From Deltaproteobacteria bacterium (GTDB lineage Bacteria > Desulfobacterota > Syntrophia > Syntrophales > JACQWR01): a stretch of 64,000 nt of DNA. The notes below the pieces were generated by a model. It saw only the letters and a program-made list of their open reading frames with translations, was not told the origin of the DNA and ran no database searches. Positions 9,112 through 17,335 of the stretch are shown piece by piece. Numbering within the stretch: the first letter of the stretch is position 1; the number at the start of each line of letters is the position of its first letter. The translations under genes were made by a program, and so were the position numbers. Location of the stretch: contig JAPLJV010000015.1 in assembly GCA_026388415.1 (NCBI GenBank), positions 45,344-109,343 on the forward strand. The letters are read 5' to 3'.

Positions 9112-9280
9112 TTTCACCTGGAAATGCACTTCAAATCCCCCTCAATCCCCCTTTGCTAAAGGGGGAGTTTATTATCATCCCCCTTCTTACAAAGGGGGAA
9201 TTTATTATTTCCCTCTTTGGCAAAGAGGGGTTAGGGGAAATTTTCATTTTCCTTCGTGTCGGGAATCGTCACGAGGTTTT
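9112..9280 (-). repeat. Modular multi-hairpin intergenic repeat, copy B
   Basis: TTTCACCTGGAAATGCACTTCAAATCCCCCTCAATCCCCC, then three hairpins (CCCCCTTTGCTAAAGGGGG, CCCCCTTCTTACAAAGGGGG, CCCTCTTTGGCAAAGAGGG), then TTAGGGGAAATTTTCATT and a weaker tail. It fills the ilvC-ilvD gap. Confidence 0.85.
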
Positions 9281-10321
9281 CTTTCTCCGTTCCGGACGCA
9301 GCGCTCGCACGGCGGCGCCCGCCTGCCACATCTCGCTGTTCTTAATGACATCCAGTTCTTTTTGCAGCTTTTCCCGGTAATCAGGGGCGCTGTTTACCCT
9401 CAGGACAATTTCCGTTTCTTTCCCGGCGGCGACGCTGTTATACAGATCCGTGAAGACAGGGGCAACCGCATCGCGGAAACGATCCTTCCAGTCCAGCGCG
9501 CCGCGCTGGGCTGTCGTACTGCAGTTGGCATACATCCAATCCATACCGTTCTGGGCAACGAGAGGCATCAGACTCTGGGTCAACTCTTCCACCGACTCGT
9601 TGAATGCCTCGCTGGGGCTGTGGCCGTGCTTTCTTAACTCGTTGTACTGTGCCTCTAAAATACCGGCGAGGCACCCCATCAGGACGCCGCGTTCCCCGGT
9701 AAGATCGCTGTATACCTCTTTTTCAAAAGTGGTGGGAAAAAGATAACCGGACCCGATACCCACACCCACGGCCAGAGTTCTTTCCAGCGCCCGGCCGGTG
9801 TAGTTCTGAAATACGGCATAGCTGGAGTTAATACCGCTGCCGTCTAAGAAATTGGTACGCACGGTAGCGCCTGACCCCTTGGGGGCTACCATGATGACAT
9901 CAACATTCGGCGGCGGAATGATGCCGGTCTGCTCTTTGTAGACAATCGAAAACCCGTGAGAAAAATAAAGGGCATCCCCTTCATTAAGACAGGCTTTTAA
10001 TTCCGGCCACATCGCCTTTTGACCTGCGTCGGACTGGAGATACTGGATGATTGTGGCGCGTTTTGCCGCTTCCATGGGCGAGAAGAGTGTTTCCCCGGGT
10101 ATAAAGCCTTCCTCGGTAGCCTTGTTCCAGTTATAATCGCCCTCACCGACAATCACGTTGATCCCGTTGTCTTTCATATTCAGGGCCTGACCACGTCCCT
10201 GAACACCATAACCGATAACGGCCACTGTCTCATTTTTCAGCACATCCTGCGCTTTTTTTATGGAAAATTCGTCGGATGTAACCACTTCTTCCCAAGTGCC
10301 GCCAAAGTTTATATTTGCCAT
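9269..10321 (-). CDS. ilvC: Ketol-acid reductoisomerase (class I)
   Basis: N-terminal Rossmann motif VAVIGYGVQGRGQALNMKDNG. 350 aa, lying between ilvN and ilvD. Confidence 0.93.
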   Translation of the reverse strand: MANINFGGTWEEVVTSDEFSIKKAQDVLKNETVAVIGYGVQGRGQALNMKDNGINVIVGEGDYNWNKATEEGFIPGETLFSPMEAAKRATIIQYLQSDAGQKAMWPELKACLNEGDALYFSHGFSIVYKEQTGIIPPPNVDVIMVAPKGSGATVRTNFLDGSGINSSYAVFQNYTGRALERTLAVGVGIGSGYLFPTTFEKEVYSDLTGERGVLMGCLAGILEAQYNELRKHGHSPSEAFNESVEELTQSLMPLVAQNGMDWMYANCSTTAQRGALDWKDRFRDAVAPVFTDLYNSVAAGKETEIVLRVNSAPDYREKLQKELDVIKNSEMWQAGAAVRALRPERRKKTS

Positions 10322-10323
10322 AT

Positions 10324-10827
10324 TTACCCCCTTTTGTTGTTATTATTACGCCGCACCAGAGCCACCGTGCCGGTTCTGGTAAAATTATCCATGCCGAGAG
10401 GTTTTAGAATGACCAGGGCATTTTCGATATCTTCCTTGTTCCCTGTTACTTCCAGGATGAAATAATCATCTTCATTGCCTACTATTTTCCACTTATATGT
10501 GTCAATAGTTTTCATAAGATTGTCTTGCCGTTCTTTATCCGCCTTCACACGGGCCAGCAGCATTTCCCGTCTTATCGCATCTTTGCCTGTCAGGTCATCA
10601 ACCTGAAGCACGTCTACCATCCTGTTCAACTGTTTTTCGATTTTTATGATGGTATCCTGATTTCCCCAAATGGTGAGAACAATCTTGGATATCTTGGGGT
10701 CTTCGGTGACGTTTACCGCAATGGTTTCAATGTTGAAACCGCGGCCGCTGAAGGTGCCTGCGATTCTGGCCATGACGTCGGGCTTGTTATTCACTAAAAT
10801 TGAAATCGTATTTTCTTTGATCTCCAT
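10324..10827 (-). CDS. ilvN: Acetolactate synthase small (regulatory) subunit
   Basis: 167 aa with an ACT-domain start (ISILVNNKPDVMARIAGTFSGRGFNIE). Directly downstream of ilvB. Confidence 0.9.
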   Translation of the reverse strand: MEIKENTISILVNNKPDVMARIAGTFSGRGFNIETIAVNVTEDPKISKIVLTIWGNQDTIIKIEKQLNRMVDVLQVDDLTGKDAIRREMLLARVKADKERQDNLMKTIDTYKWKIVGNEDDYFILEVTGNKEDIENALVILKPLGMDNFTRTGTVALVRRNNNNKRG

Positions 10828-10858
10828 ATTGATTTTACCTTTCCTTTGCTAAAAAAAT

Positions 10859-12562
10859 CTACCTTATCTGCGAGCTCTTATTCATCAGTGCCATCTCCGA
10901 GAGCGCAGCTCCTGGTTTCACCATGGGATAAACACCTTCCTCCGGTTCAACCAGGATATCAATCATCACCGGTCCCGACGTTGCCAGCCCCTCTTTCAGG
11001 ACGCTTTCCACCTCTTCAGTTTTTGTGGCCCGGAAACCTTTCGCGCCGTAAGCCTCTGCCAATTTGACGAAATCAGGGGCATAATCCATGGTGGTCTGGG
11101 AGTAACGCCTGCTGTAGAACATTTCCTGCCACTGGCGCACCATGCCCAGAAACCCGTTATTCAGGATGATAATCTTTACAGGAATATTATACTGGACCGC
11201 CGTTGCCATTTCCTGAATGTTCATCTGGATACTGCCGTCCCCGGCAATATCCACCACTAATTTATCGGGAAAGGCCACCTGGGCGCCGATGGCCGCCGGG
11301 AAACCGAAGCCCATCGTCCCCAGGCCGCCCGAAGATATGAAGGTATTCGGCTCGTCAAATTTATAAAACTGAGCCGTCCACATTTGATTCTGCCCAACTT
11401 CCGTAGCAATAATGGCCTTACCTTTAGTCAGTTCGTAGAGTTTCTCAATGACGTACTGGGGCTTGATCTTTGCCCCGGCGCCATAGTCCAGAGGTTCCTT
11501 TTTCTGCCACTGGGCAATCTGCGCAAGCCAGGCCTGCGTTTGTTCCTGGGACCGGGCCATTTTATCGTTTGCCAGCCACTGATTCAAAAGTTGCAGAATA
11601 GGCTTGCAGTTACCCACAACAGAAACGTGGGCCTTAATGGTTTTATCAATGGAAGCGGGGTCAATATCAATATGAACGACCCGGGCGTGCGGCGCAAAGG
11701 CGTCCACCCGGGAAGTCACGCGATCGTCAAAGCGCACCCCGACGGCAATTAAAAGATCGCAATGACTGATGGCCATATTGGCGTAATAGGTCCCGTGCAT
11801 GCCCGGCATCCCGAGCCAGAGGGGGTCCGTCCCGGGGAAACCGCCGAGCCCCATGAGCGTCGAAGTAACCGGACAATTAAGATGCTTGGCCAAGGTGTAA
11901 AGTTCCCGCCAGGCCTTCCCGAGCAAAATGCCGCCTCCCGAGATGATCACGGGCCGCTTGGCCTCCCTGATGAGCGGCAGGACCTCGGCGCATTTTGCTT
12001 CTATGGGCTCAATCGTATCTTCTGCAAAACTCAATGGATAATCCAGCGTAGCATCGTCGGTGAGCGCTTGAATAACATCCTTCGGCAGGTCCACCAAAAC
12101 CGGCCCGGGACGTCCCGAACGGGCAATATGGAAGGCCTCCTTGATTATGCGCCCCAGATCGTTGACATCTCTCACCAGGAAGTTGTGCTTCGTGCAGGGA
12201 CGCGTAATACCGGTAATATCCACCTCCTGAAAGGCGTCATTGCCGATTAAAGCCGTTATGACCTGACCCGTAAAAATGACCACGGGAATCGAATCCAGAT
12301 AAGCATTGGCGATGCCCGTTACCGTATTGGTAGCGCCGGGGCCGGACGTTACGAGGCAAACGCCGACCTTGCCTGTGGCGCGGGCATACCCGTCGGCGGC
12401 ATGAATGGCGCCCTGTTCATGGCGCACGAGGATGTGCTTGATGTCGTTATGACGAGACAACTCATCGTAGATGTCCATGACGGCCCCGCCCGGATAACCG
12501 AAAATGGTATCCACGTTTTCCTGTTCCAATATCTTGAAAAGTACCTGCGATCCTGTCAGCAT
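10859..12562 (-). CDS. ilvB: Acetolactate synthase large subunit
   Basis: ThDP-enzyme motifs (IFGYPGGAVMDIYD; GGLGTMGFGFPAAIGA; IAGDGSIQMNIQE). I prefer the ATG at 12562 (MLTGSQVLF.., GGGAG SD) over the longest ORF start at 12610. Confidence 0.93.
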   Translation of the reverse strand: MLTGSQVLFKILEQENVDTIFGYPGGAVMDIYDELSRHNDIKHILVRHEQGAIHAADGYARATGKVGVCLVTSGPGATNTVTGIANAYLDSIPVVIFTGQVITALIGNDAFQEVDITGITRPCTKHNFLVRDVNDLGRIIKEAFHIARSGRPGPVLVDLPKDVIQALTDDATLDYPLSFAEDTIEPIEAKCAEVLPLIREAKRPVIISGGGILLGKAWRELYTLAKHLNCPVTSTLMGLGGFPGTDPLWLGMPGMHGTYYANMAISHCDLLIAVGVRFDDRVTSRVDAFAPHARVVHIDIDPASIDKTIKAHVSVVGNCKPILQLLNQWLANDKMARSQEQTQAWLAQIAQWQKKEPLDYGAGAKIKPQYVIEKLYELTKGKAIIATEVGQNQMWTAQFYKFDEPNTFISSGGLGTMGFGFPAAIGAQVAFPDKLVVDIAGDGSIQMNIQEMATAVQYNIPVKIIILNNGFLGMVRQWQEMFYSRRYSQTTMDYAPDFVKLAEAYGAKGFRATKTEEVESVLKEGLATSGPVMIDILVEPEEGVYPMVKPGAALSEMALMNKSSQIR

Positions 12563-12591
12563 GTGAAGTTCTCCCTTATAATTCTCTGTGT

Positions 12592-12625
12592 AAAAACAAA
12601 AAAGCCGCAAACATACTTGCGGCTT
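12592..12625 (-). terminator. Intrinsic terminator hairpin T2 of the ilvB leader
   Basis: Gene-sense sequence AAGCCGCAA-GTATGT-TTGCGGCTT followed by TTTTTGTTTTT. It ends about 30 nt before the ilvB ATG. Confidence 0.6.
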
Positions 12626-12629
12626 TCCT

Positions 12630-12669
12630 AAAGCAAAAGAGCCGCGGGTTAACGGGGCCCGCGGCTCTT
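12630..12669 (-). terminator. Intrinsic terminator hairpin T1 of the ilvB leader
   Basis: Gene-sense sequence AAGAGCCGCGGG-CCCCGTTAA-CCCGCGGCTCTT followed by TTGCTTT. Confidence 0.55.
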
Positions 12670-12679
12670 GGTTTCTTGT

Positions 12680-12784
12680 CTAAATCCGGCAAAGAAACGG
12701 AGCGGCGGTCCCCCTTCGTACCGCTACTACGGCGATCCCGCTCTTTACAACCAGCTTGTTGTTCTCTTTGCTTTGCGAATCCAT
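12680..12784 (-). CDS. Candidate ilv leader peptide (34 aa)
   Basis: My translation is MDSQSKENNKLVVKSGIAVVAVRRGTAAPFLCRI. It has 8 Val/Ile/Leu residues among positions 11-22. It lies between a sigma70-like promoter and two tandem terminators upstream of ilvB. Confidence 0.45.
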   Translation of the reverse strand: MDSQSKENNKLVVKSGIAVVAVRRGTAAPFLCRI

Positions 12785-12827
12785 AATCTCAGCCCACTAC
12801 TTTCAAACTTATCCCAACTTTTGGAGC

Positions 12828-12856
12828 ATGCTATATATTTTTTTTGTCGTTGTCAA
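12828..12856 (-). promoter_or_regulatory. Sigma70-type promoter candidate for the ilv leader
   Basis: Gene-sense TTGACA, 17 nt, TAGCAT. The -35 lies at 12856-12851 and the -10 at 12833-12828. Confidence 0.45.
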
Positions 12857-12924
12857 TAGCATTTTATTCGGCTATTGAGGTCAGGCAGGCTGATAAAACC
12901 CGCAAGGCCCGGCGGTAAACTTAA

Positions 12925-13203
12925 CTAATAAATCCAAAAGTCAATCGCAATTCCCCATTTCTTTCCTTTCGGAATTACACGGGCAACCTTTCCCTTCACA
13001 GATATCATCCCCCGATTCTCCAAGTTAATAGCTATGTTAACTGATTCACCCACAGTAAAAGATTTTTTTGAAAGAAAAAACACGCCACCTAACGAGTAGT
13101 CCACTAAACGCATGGGCATGTCTTCAACAAGGCATTCTACCTGAGCCGCATCACCTCCGGTTTGGTTTACATCAAAACGCTCATATTTGCGGTTTCCTCT
13201 CAT
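12925..13203 (-). CDS. PilZ-domain (c-di-GMP-binding) protein
   Basis: 92 aa with an N-terminal RGNRKYERF (RxxxR-like) motif and DYSLGGVFF (DxSxxG). Confidence 0.75.
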   Translation of the reverse strand: MRGNRKYERFDVNQTGGDAAQVECLVEDMPMRLVDYSLGGVFFLSKKSFTVGESVNIAINLENRGMISVKGKVARVIPKGKKWGIAIDFWIY

Positions 13204-13244
13204 TTTATGGAACCCCTTCCCTATAAAAATACTCTTTTAAGATG

Positions 13245-13406
13245 CTATTTTACGATTCGCGATACAATAAAAAATACAACTATAAGAAAGCCGATGCCTA
13301 TGAGCATGATGAGAACCCCATACTGGTACATTAGCTCCAAGCCACCATACCAAGCCATGACCTGATCAAAATATTGATAGTATAGATCCTTGATTTTCTC
13401 CATCAT
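13245..13406 (-). CDS. Possible 53-aa small membrane protein
   Basis: Below the ORF-track size cutoff. My translation is MMEKIKDLYYQYFDQVMAWYGGLELMYQYGVLIMLIGIGFLIVVFFIVSRIVK, with one clear TM helix. The SD is weak. Confidence 0.3.
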   Translation of the reverse strand: MMEKIKDLYYQYFDQVMAWYGGLELMYQYGVLIMLIGIGFLIVVFFIVSRIVK

Positions 13407-13571
13407 CTCATCTTTTGGATAGAATTGTTATGATAACTGTTTAAGGCCATTTGCCGGATATGGATAGCAGAATTTACGATCATGTCAAGGAGTATCTGGA
13501 TTTTTTAATGAAATTATTGCCTTGACAATATGAGTCGCCTTAGGCGAAAATATCACCAAAGGAGAACGGTG

Positions 13572-14180
13572 ATGAGAAAACTTATCTTCCTGTTTTTGAT
13601 GCTTGCCTTATATATGATCTTTCCTGCGCCCGCCCGGAGTGAGTTCTACGTCATCCGGCTAAAAAATGGCGGCTCTCTGGCGACTCCCATGCACTGGTCC
13701 GATGGCGGGCTGATCTATTTTTTCTACGTCGGCGGAACAGTGGGCGTGGAAAAACAGATTATCGAAAGAGTGGAAAAATATAAGGGAGAAAGAAACTTTT
13801 CGGTGAGTTCCACCACACCTGATACCAAAGAAACGAAGGGATTGCCCACCTTGTCTTCGGCAGCAGAAAAACTCCCTGCAGAAGCTGACCAGAAGGCTGA
13901 AAAAAACCTTTCACCCCAAATACCTCCCGTAAAAATTGATTTGAAGGCTTACCAGGATAAAATGGCCAAGCTCAAGGCTGACATAAACAAGACTCTGACC
14001 CGCATCAGGAAAGCCGACACAAGCAAGGATCTGATTGCAAAGGATGAAGCAACAGCAGATAACCGCCATATCTCTGCCGAGATGTGGAAGCTCACTGAAG
14101 AACTACAGGAAAAGAACAACGGCAAGCTGCCCGCCGATTGGTGGGAAGGAGTAGGAAGGGAGGAACCTGAAATACCGTAA
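13572..14180 (+). CDS. Hypothetical exported protein with a C-terminal coiled coil
   Basis: Signal peptide MRKLIFLFLMLALYMIFPAPARS after an AAGGAG SD. I recognise no family motif. Confidence 0.6.
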   Translation: MRKLIFLFLMLALYMIFPAPARSEFYVIRLKNGGSLATPMHWSDGGLIYFFYVGGTVGVEKQIIERVEKYKGERNFSVSSTTPDTKETKGLPTLSSAAEKLPAEADQKAEKNLSPQIPPVKIDLKAYQDKMAKLKADINKTLTRIRKADTSKDLIAKDEATADNRHISAEMWKLTEELQEKNNGKLPADWWEGVGREEPEIP

Positions 14181-14208
14181 AACGTGAAAAACCAAGCTGT
14201 TAAAACCA

Positions 14209-15291
14209 TTAGAAAACATCTCGCCAAGCCGTTTGTTTAGTCGTATTGAGTGAATTGATATTGGCGAGATTTGCAATGGCTGCGGAACTGTAATTTAGGT
14301 CGACGCCACCGGACAGGTCTATAAGCTTGGCCGAATGGCCGATCGTTATGAGCGAACCGAAGAGATTGGCTGTACCGGTACCGAAAACCCTGCCGGTCCC
14401 CCTCAGTATGATAATCCCCTCGAATTCGAAGGTACCATTAAGATTAAGCGAGCCGCCATCATCAACGATAATGATGCCCGCCCCGTTTCCATTACCATTC
14501 AGCGTGGTTCCGTTCGGAACAAGCGTGATGGCAGGAGCGGCCCGCGTGCCGAGGGTAGACTGGTAAAGGTTGTTTGTTAGAACATAGTTTACGAGGTCCT
14601 GATATGCCGTTTCATGGCTGGTTCCTATCGCTTGCGTTGGAGTCCCCGTAAGATGAGCACCAACATTTCCTGAGAGGGTCGGCGCCATGGTGGTGAACAG
14701 ACCCGCCGTGGCAGGTAGTGCGGTCGCCGTCGTCGCGCAGGCAGAGCCATTGCAGGTTGGGCTGGCGGGCACAGGATAATCACGACCGTCCACGGCATAG
14801 CCGCCACCGACGCCCGTTTTAAATTGCACCGCAGGGCCGCCGCCATACATAGCCACCGCACCATCCGTGCCTGCGGGTACTTTGGTTGTATATCCAATAT
14901 GGGCCTCAATAGTCTTTGAAGCATTATTGGCCCCCGTGCCGGTCATTTGAAACTTGTATTTGTTCGGCGCAACATAGTAAATCACCACCGAGGTGTTAAA
15001 GTTGAAGCCTGTCGGACAGCTTACCGTAATCGTCGTTGTGGGAGTGCTGGTAGTGGGATAGGTCACCGTATTCGCACGCAAGTACGCAATGACCTGCCCC
15101 ACCCCCGCCTCGGCATTGAACAGGGCCTTCTGGCCCTCCCGATAATTGGCGGCAATCTTCATGTCCGTGGTCACGGTCATGACAGCGGTCGTTCCCAGGA
15201 GAACCAGAACGGCAATCATTATCAGCGTGACGACCAGAACCATTCCCTTTTCATTCCCAATAATACTTTTATGACCGATTTGCCTTGGCAT
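14209..15291 (-). CDS. pilX: PilX-like type IV pilus minor component (PilX_N-type N-terminus, large Gly/Thr-rich C-terminal domain)
   Basis: N-terminus GMVLVVTLIMIAVLVLLGTTAVMTVTTDMKIAANYREGQKALFNAEAG. It is the last gene of the fimT-pilV-pilW-pilX array. Confidence 0.7.
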   Translation of the reverse strand: MPRQIGHKSIIGNEKGMVLVVTLIMIAVLVLLGTTAVMTVTTDMKIAANYREGQKALFNAEAGVGQVIAYLRANTVTYPTTSTPTTTITVSCPTGFNFNTSVVIYYVAPNKYKFQMTGTGANNASKTIEAHIGYTTKVPAGTDGAVAMYGGGPAVQFKTGVGGGYAVDGRDYPVPASPTCNGSACATTATALPATAGLFTTMAPTLSGNVGAHLTGTPTQAIGTSHETAYQDLVNYVLTNNLYQSTLGTRAAPAITLVPNGTTLNGNGNGAGIIIVDDGGSLNLNGTFEFEGIIILRGTGRVFGTGTANLFGSLITIGHSAKLIDLSGGVDLNYSSAAIANLANINSLNTTKQTAWRDVF

Positions 15292-15357
15292 ACAGTACCT
15301 CGCGTTTCATAATCTTACTTCCGCTGTATTAGAAATGTGCAACCCTGCACACGCCGT

Positions 15358-16065
15358 TTAAGGGCTCAACGCCAAATTCCGCGGAAAGGCAAAGGCGGAA
15401 AGGGTATAACGGCGATAGTGATCCCCATAAGTCGGATCGGTATAGTTCGGATCCACATTGGCGGCGCGGGTGACAATCGTAATTTTGACCATCCGGATAT
15501 TTGCCAAAATGGCCGTGGTGGCTGGTGGTGTGGCACCGTCATAGTATTCGAAAAGCAGGGAGTGTACGTATTCCACCACAGGTTGATATGAACTGCCAGA
15601 TTTCGTGTATTTGCTGTTTCGCCTTAGAGACATAATACTCATTGACAGGTTTATATCGTATGCTACGTTCTCATTATCATTGTCGCCAGTAGTTGGGTCA
15701 TCGGGCGTAATGCTTCCGCTGCCGTCTCTATCCGCCGTGAATTTAATGGTGTCGCCTCCAGCATAAGTAATTCCAACACAGCTAGTCCCAGCTGTGACCA
15801 AGGCATTGGTACAGCGGGGTACCTCGGGAGTGGCCGCGGCAATGGTAGCCGCATTTCTCTGGTTGTATCCAGCCATGCTGATCTCGCGGACCATCATGTC
15901 CATGGCCACCCGGGCGTTTTGATGAAGCTCGGCAAGCTGCTCCTGATTGGCAAGATGCTTGCTTTGCACGGTAAATAACGCGTAGACAGCGCCTAGGACA
16001 ACCAGCCCGACGGTCATGGCAATCATCAATTCAACGAGCGTAAAGCCTCTATCGTTTGTATTCAT
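15358..16065 (-). CDS. pilW: Type IV minor pilin PilW
   Basis: Prepilin-type cleavage/methylation N-terminus RGFTLVELMIAMTVGLVVLG. 235 aa, positioned after pilV. Confidence 0.8.
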   Translation of the reverse strand: MNTNDRGFTLVELMIAMTVGLVVLGAVYALFTVQSKHLANQEQLAELHQNARVAMDMMVREISMAGYNQRNAATIAAATPEVPRCTNALVTAGTSCVGITYAGGDTIKFTADRDGSGSITPDDPTTGDNDNENVAYDINLSMSIMSLRRNSKYTKSGSSYQPVVEYVHSLLFEYYDGATPPATTAILANIRMVKITIVTRAANVDPNYTDPTYGDHYRRYTLSAFAFPRNLALSP

Positions 16066-16067
16066 CT

Positions 16068-16469
16068 CTAATCACTCGCCCTGATGGTTTGCAAAACTAC
16101 TGGCTGATTAGGAGGCCGGGTCACGGTAACGGTTATTGTCTTCGTACTCGTTCCCGGCGCAGTCCACGACCGGGTGTAATATGAACCGGCGGCAGACGCC
16201 TGGACCGTACCATTGGCGGCCGCGTAATCCGTCCCTGTCCACATGGAGGCGGCCTGTGTAGCAGTGGTATAAGGAGCGGCCTTGAGTTCCTCCATCTTAT
16301 CCTTGGCCAGGGTTGTGGCCGTAGTCAATGTTTGACTGAAAGAGTTACTCTTGATAACCGACGTGGTCACCGACGCCGCACCGACAAGGGCGACGGTCAA
16401 TAAAAATGCCGCTATCAAAACTTCAAGCAGGGTAAACCCCTTCTGACCAGACATGGATTTCTTCTCCAT
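16068..16469 (-). CDS. pilV: Type IV minor pilin PilV
   Basis: N-terminus KGFTLLEVLIAAFLLTVALVG. 133 aa. Confidence 0.8.
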   Translation of the reverse strand: MEKKSMSGQKGFTLLEVLIAAFLLTVALVGAASVTTSVIKSNSFSQTLTTATTLAKDKMEELKAAPYTTATQAASMWTGTDYAAANGTVQASAAGSYYTRSWTAPGTSTKTITVTVTRPPNQPVVLQTIRASD

Positions 16470-16473
16470 AGCT

Positions 16474-16929
16474 TTAATTCATCCTGATTCGACCATTGCT
16501 GCTCATCGTAATGCTTTTCGATCCCGTTGATCCTGTAAGAGAAAGGGTTCCTGTGCTTCCCGTCCCGTTGCTATAGAAGGTGATAATCGTTCCCGCAGAC
16601 GTCGAAAAGGCAACGTCGTAGTAAGTGGGATGGATATCTCTCGTCGTGATCAATTCTCCTGTATCTGCGGTCCCATTTTTATTATCGTCGTGAAACATGG
16701 CGTACTGATGATTATTGCCTATTTTCAAGGCAACCCATTTGTTCAGAGTGATCGCCTGCGTACGTGTGGCGGCCAGATCACCGTATAGCACTCTTGCCGC
16801 ACCATTCAATCGCCTCTGGGCCATATAGGTATTAAAGTTCGGCGTTGCGATGGCCGCCAATATTCCTATGATCGCAATAACGGTCATAAGTTCTATGAGG
16901 GTAAAACCTTTATGCGAGGTAATTTTCAT
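16474..16929 (-). CDS. fimT: FimT/GspH-family minor pilin
   Basis: N-terminus [27 protein letters not shown] prefer the ATG at 16929 (MKITSHKGF.., GGAG SD) over the longest ORF start at 17049. Confidence 0.8.
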   Translation of the reverse strand: MKITSHKGFTLIELMTVIAIIGILAAIATPNFNTYMAQRRLNGAARVLYGDLAATRTQAITLNKWVALKIGNNHQYAMFHDDNKNGTADTGELITTRDIHPTYYDVAFSTSAGTIITFYSNGTGSTGTLSLTGSTGSKSITMSSNGRIRMN

Positions 16930-16953
16930 TGAGTAATCTCCACGCATGAGAGA

Positions 16954-16969
16954 TGCAAAGTGCATGCCA
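16954..16969 (-). promoter_or_regulatory. Sigma54 (-24/-12) promoter candidate for the minor-pilin operon
   Basis: Gene-sense TGGCATGCACTTTGCA. GG and GC have exactly the consensus spacing of TGGCAC-N5-TTGCA. The -12 GC lies about 25 nt upstream of the fimT ATG, and an AT-rich tract sits immediately upstream. Confidence 0.55.
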
Positions 16970-17215
16970 CAAACACGGTCAATTTCTTTTACAACAAAAA
17001 AACAGTAATTAATAATTGATTCAATGTATCGCACCGGTCTTGGCAGCATAAATAAGAAAGAATTGAAAAAATCCGGCTCTTTTTCTGGCGAAAACCCGGT
17101 AATTTTCCCGTTGCCCTTGTTATTTTCGCCATCTTATCACCATTCATCTCCGCAGGTTCGATCGGGGAAATCCATTTTGCCCGACTCTTTTTTAAAGAAC
17201 TCCGCTTCTCGCAGT

Positions 17216-17245
17216 ATGATAAGAGCAAGGCAGGCCTATTGTCAA
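17216..17245 (-). promoter_or_regulatory. Sigma70-type promoter candidate pointing toward fimT
   Basis: Gene-sense TTGACA (17245-17240), 18 nt, TATCAT (17221-17216). Confidence 0.35.
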
Positions 17246-17263
17246 TAGATAACTTTGGGTTCG

Positions 17264-17302
17264 CGTGAACTGCTTCACACTTTCCGTGTGATTTTCTTCA
17301 CA
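17264..17302. promoter_or_regulatory. Two tandem CRP/FNR-family-like palindromic sites
   Basis: CGTGA-actgct-TCACA at 17264-17279 and TGTGA-ttttct-TCACA at 17287-17302. The second matches the TGTGA-N6-TCACA core exactly. Centres are 23 bp apart. Confidence 0.45.
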
Positions 17303-17335
17303 TAGTAATTTATCTTGCCTATCGGATAAAGATGG

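Noticed and set aside
9112-9280. The hairpin-module repeats (all five copies) as a CRISPR array or as genes for small peptides (PLCQRGVRGDF-type ORFs)
   Set aside because: The units are self-complementary 19-21-nt palindromes separated by only 10-15 nt of AT-rich spacer. There are at most four per locus and no cas genes, so this is not CRISPR architecture. The ORFs that cross them exist only because of the G/C runs, and they switch frame between copies.
12680-12760. T-box riboswitch in the ilvB leader (AGGGGGACCGCCG resembles the T-box AGGGTGGNACCGCG; CCGTTA resembles the F-box)
   Set aside because: The T-box-like string is 2 nt short. It lies inside the small ORF and does not overlap either terminator's 5' strand, as an antiterminator must. 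The CCGTTA sits in a terminator loop. I could not build a Stem I or a specifier loop.
16989-17228. 79-aa minus-strand ORF in the fimT upstream region
   Set aside because: It is highly basic and of low complexity, it has no SD, and it starts upstream of the predicted promoter. The region is better explained as regulatory or leader sequence.
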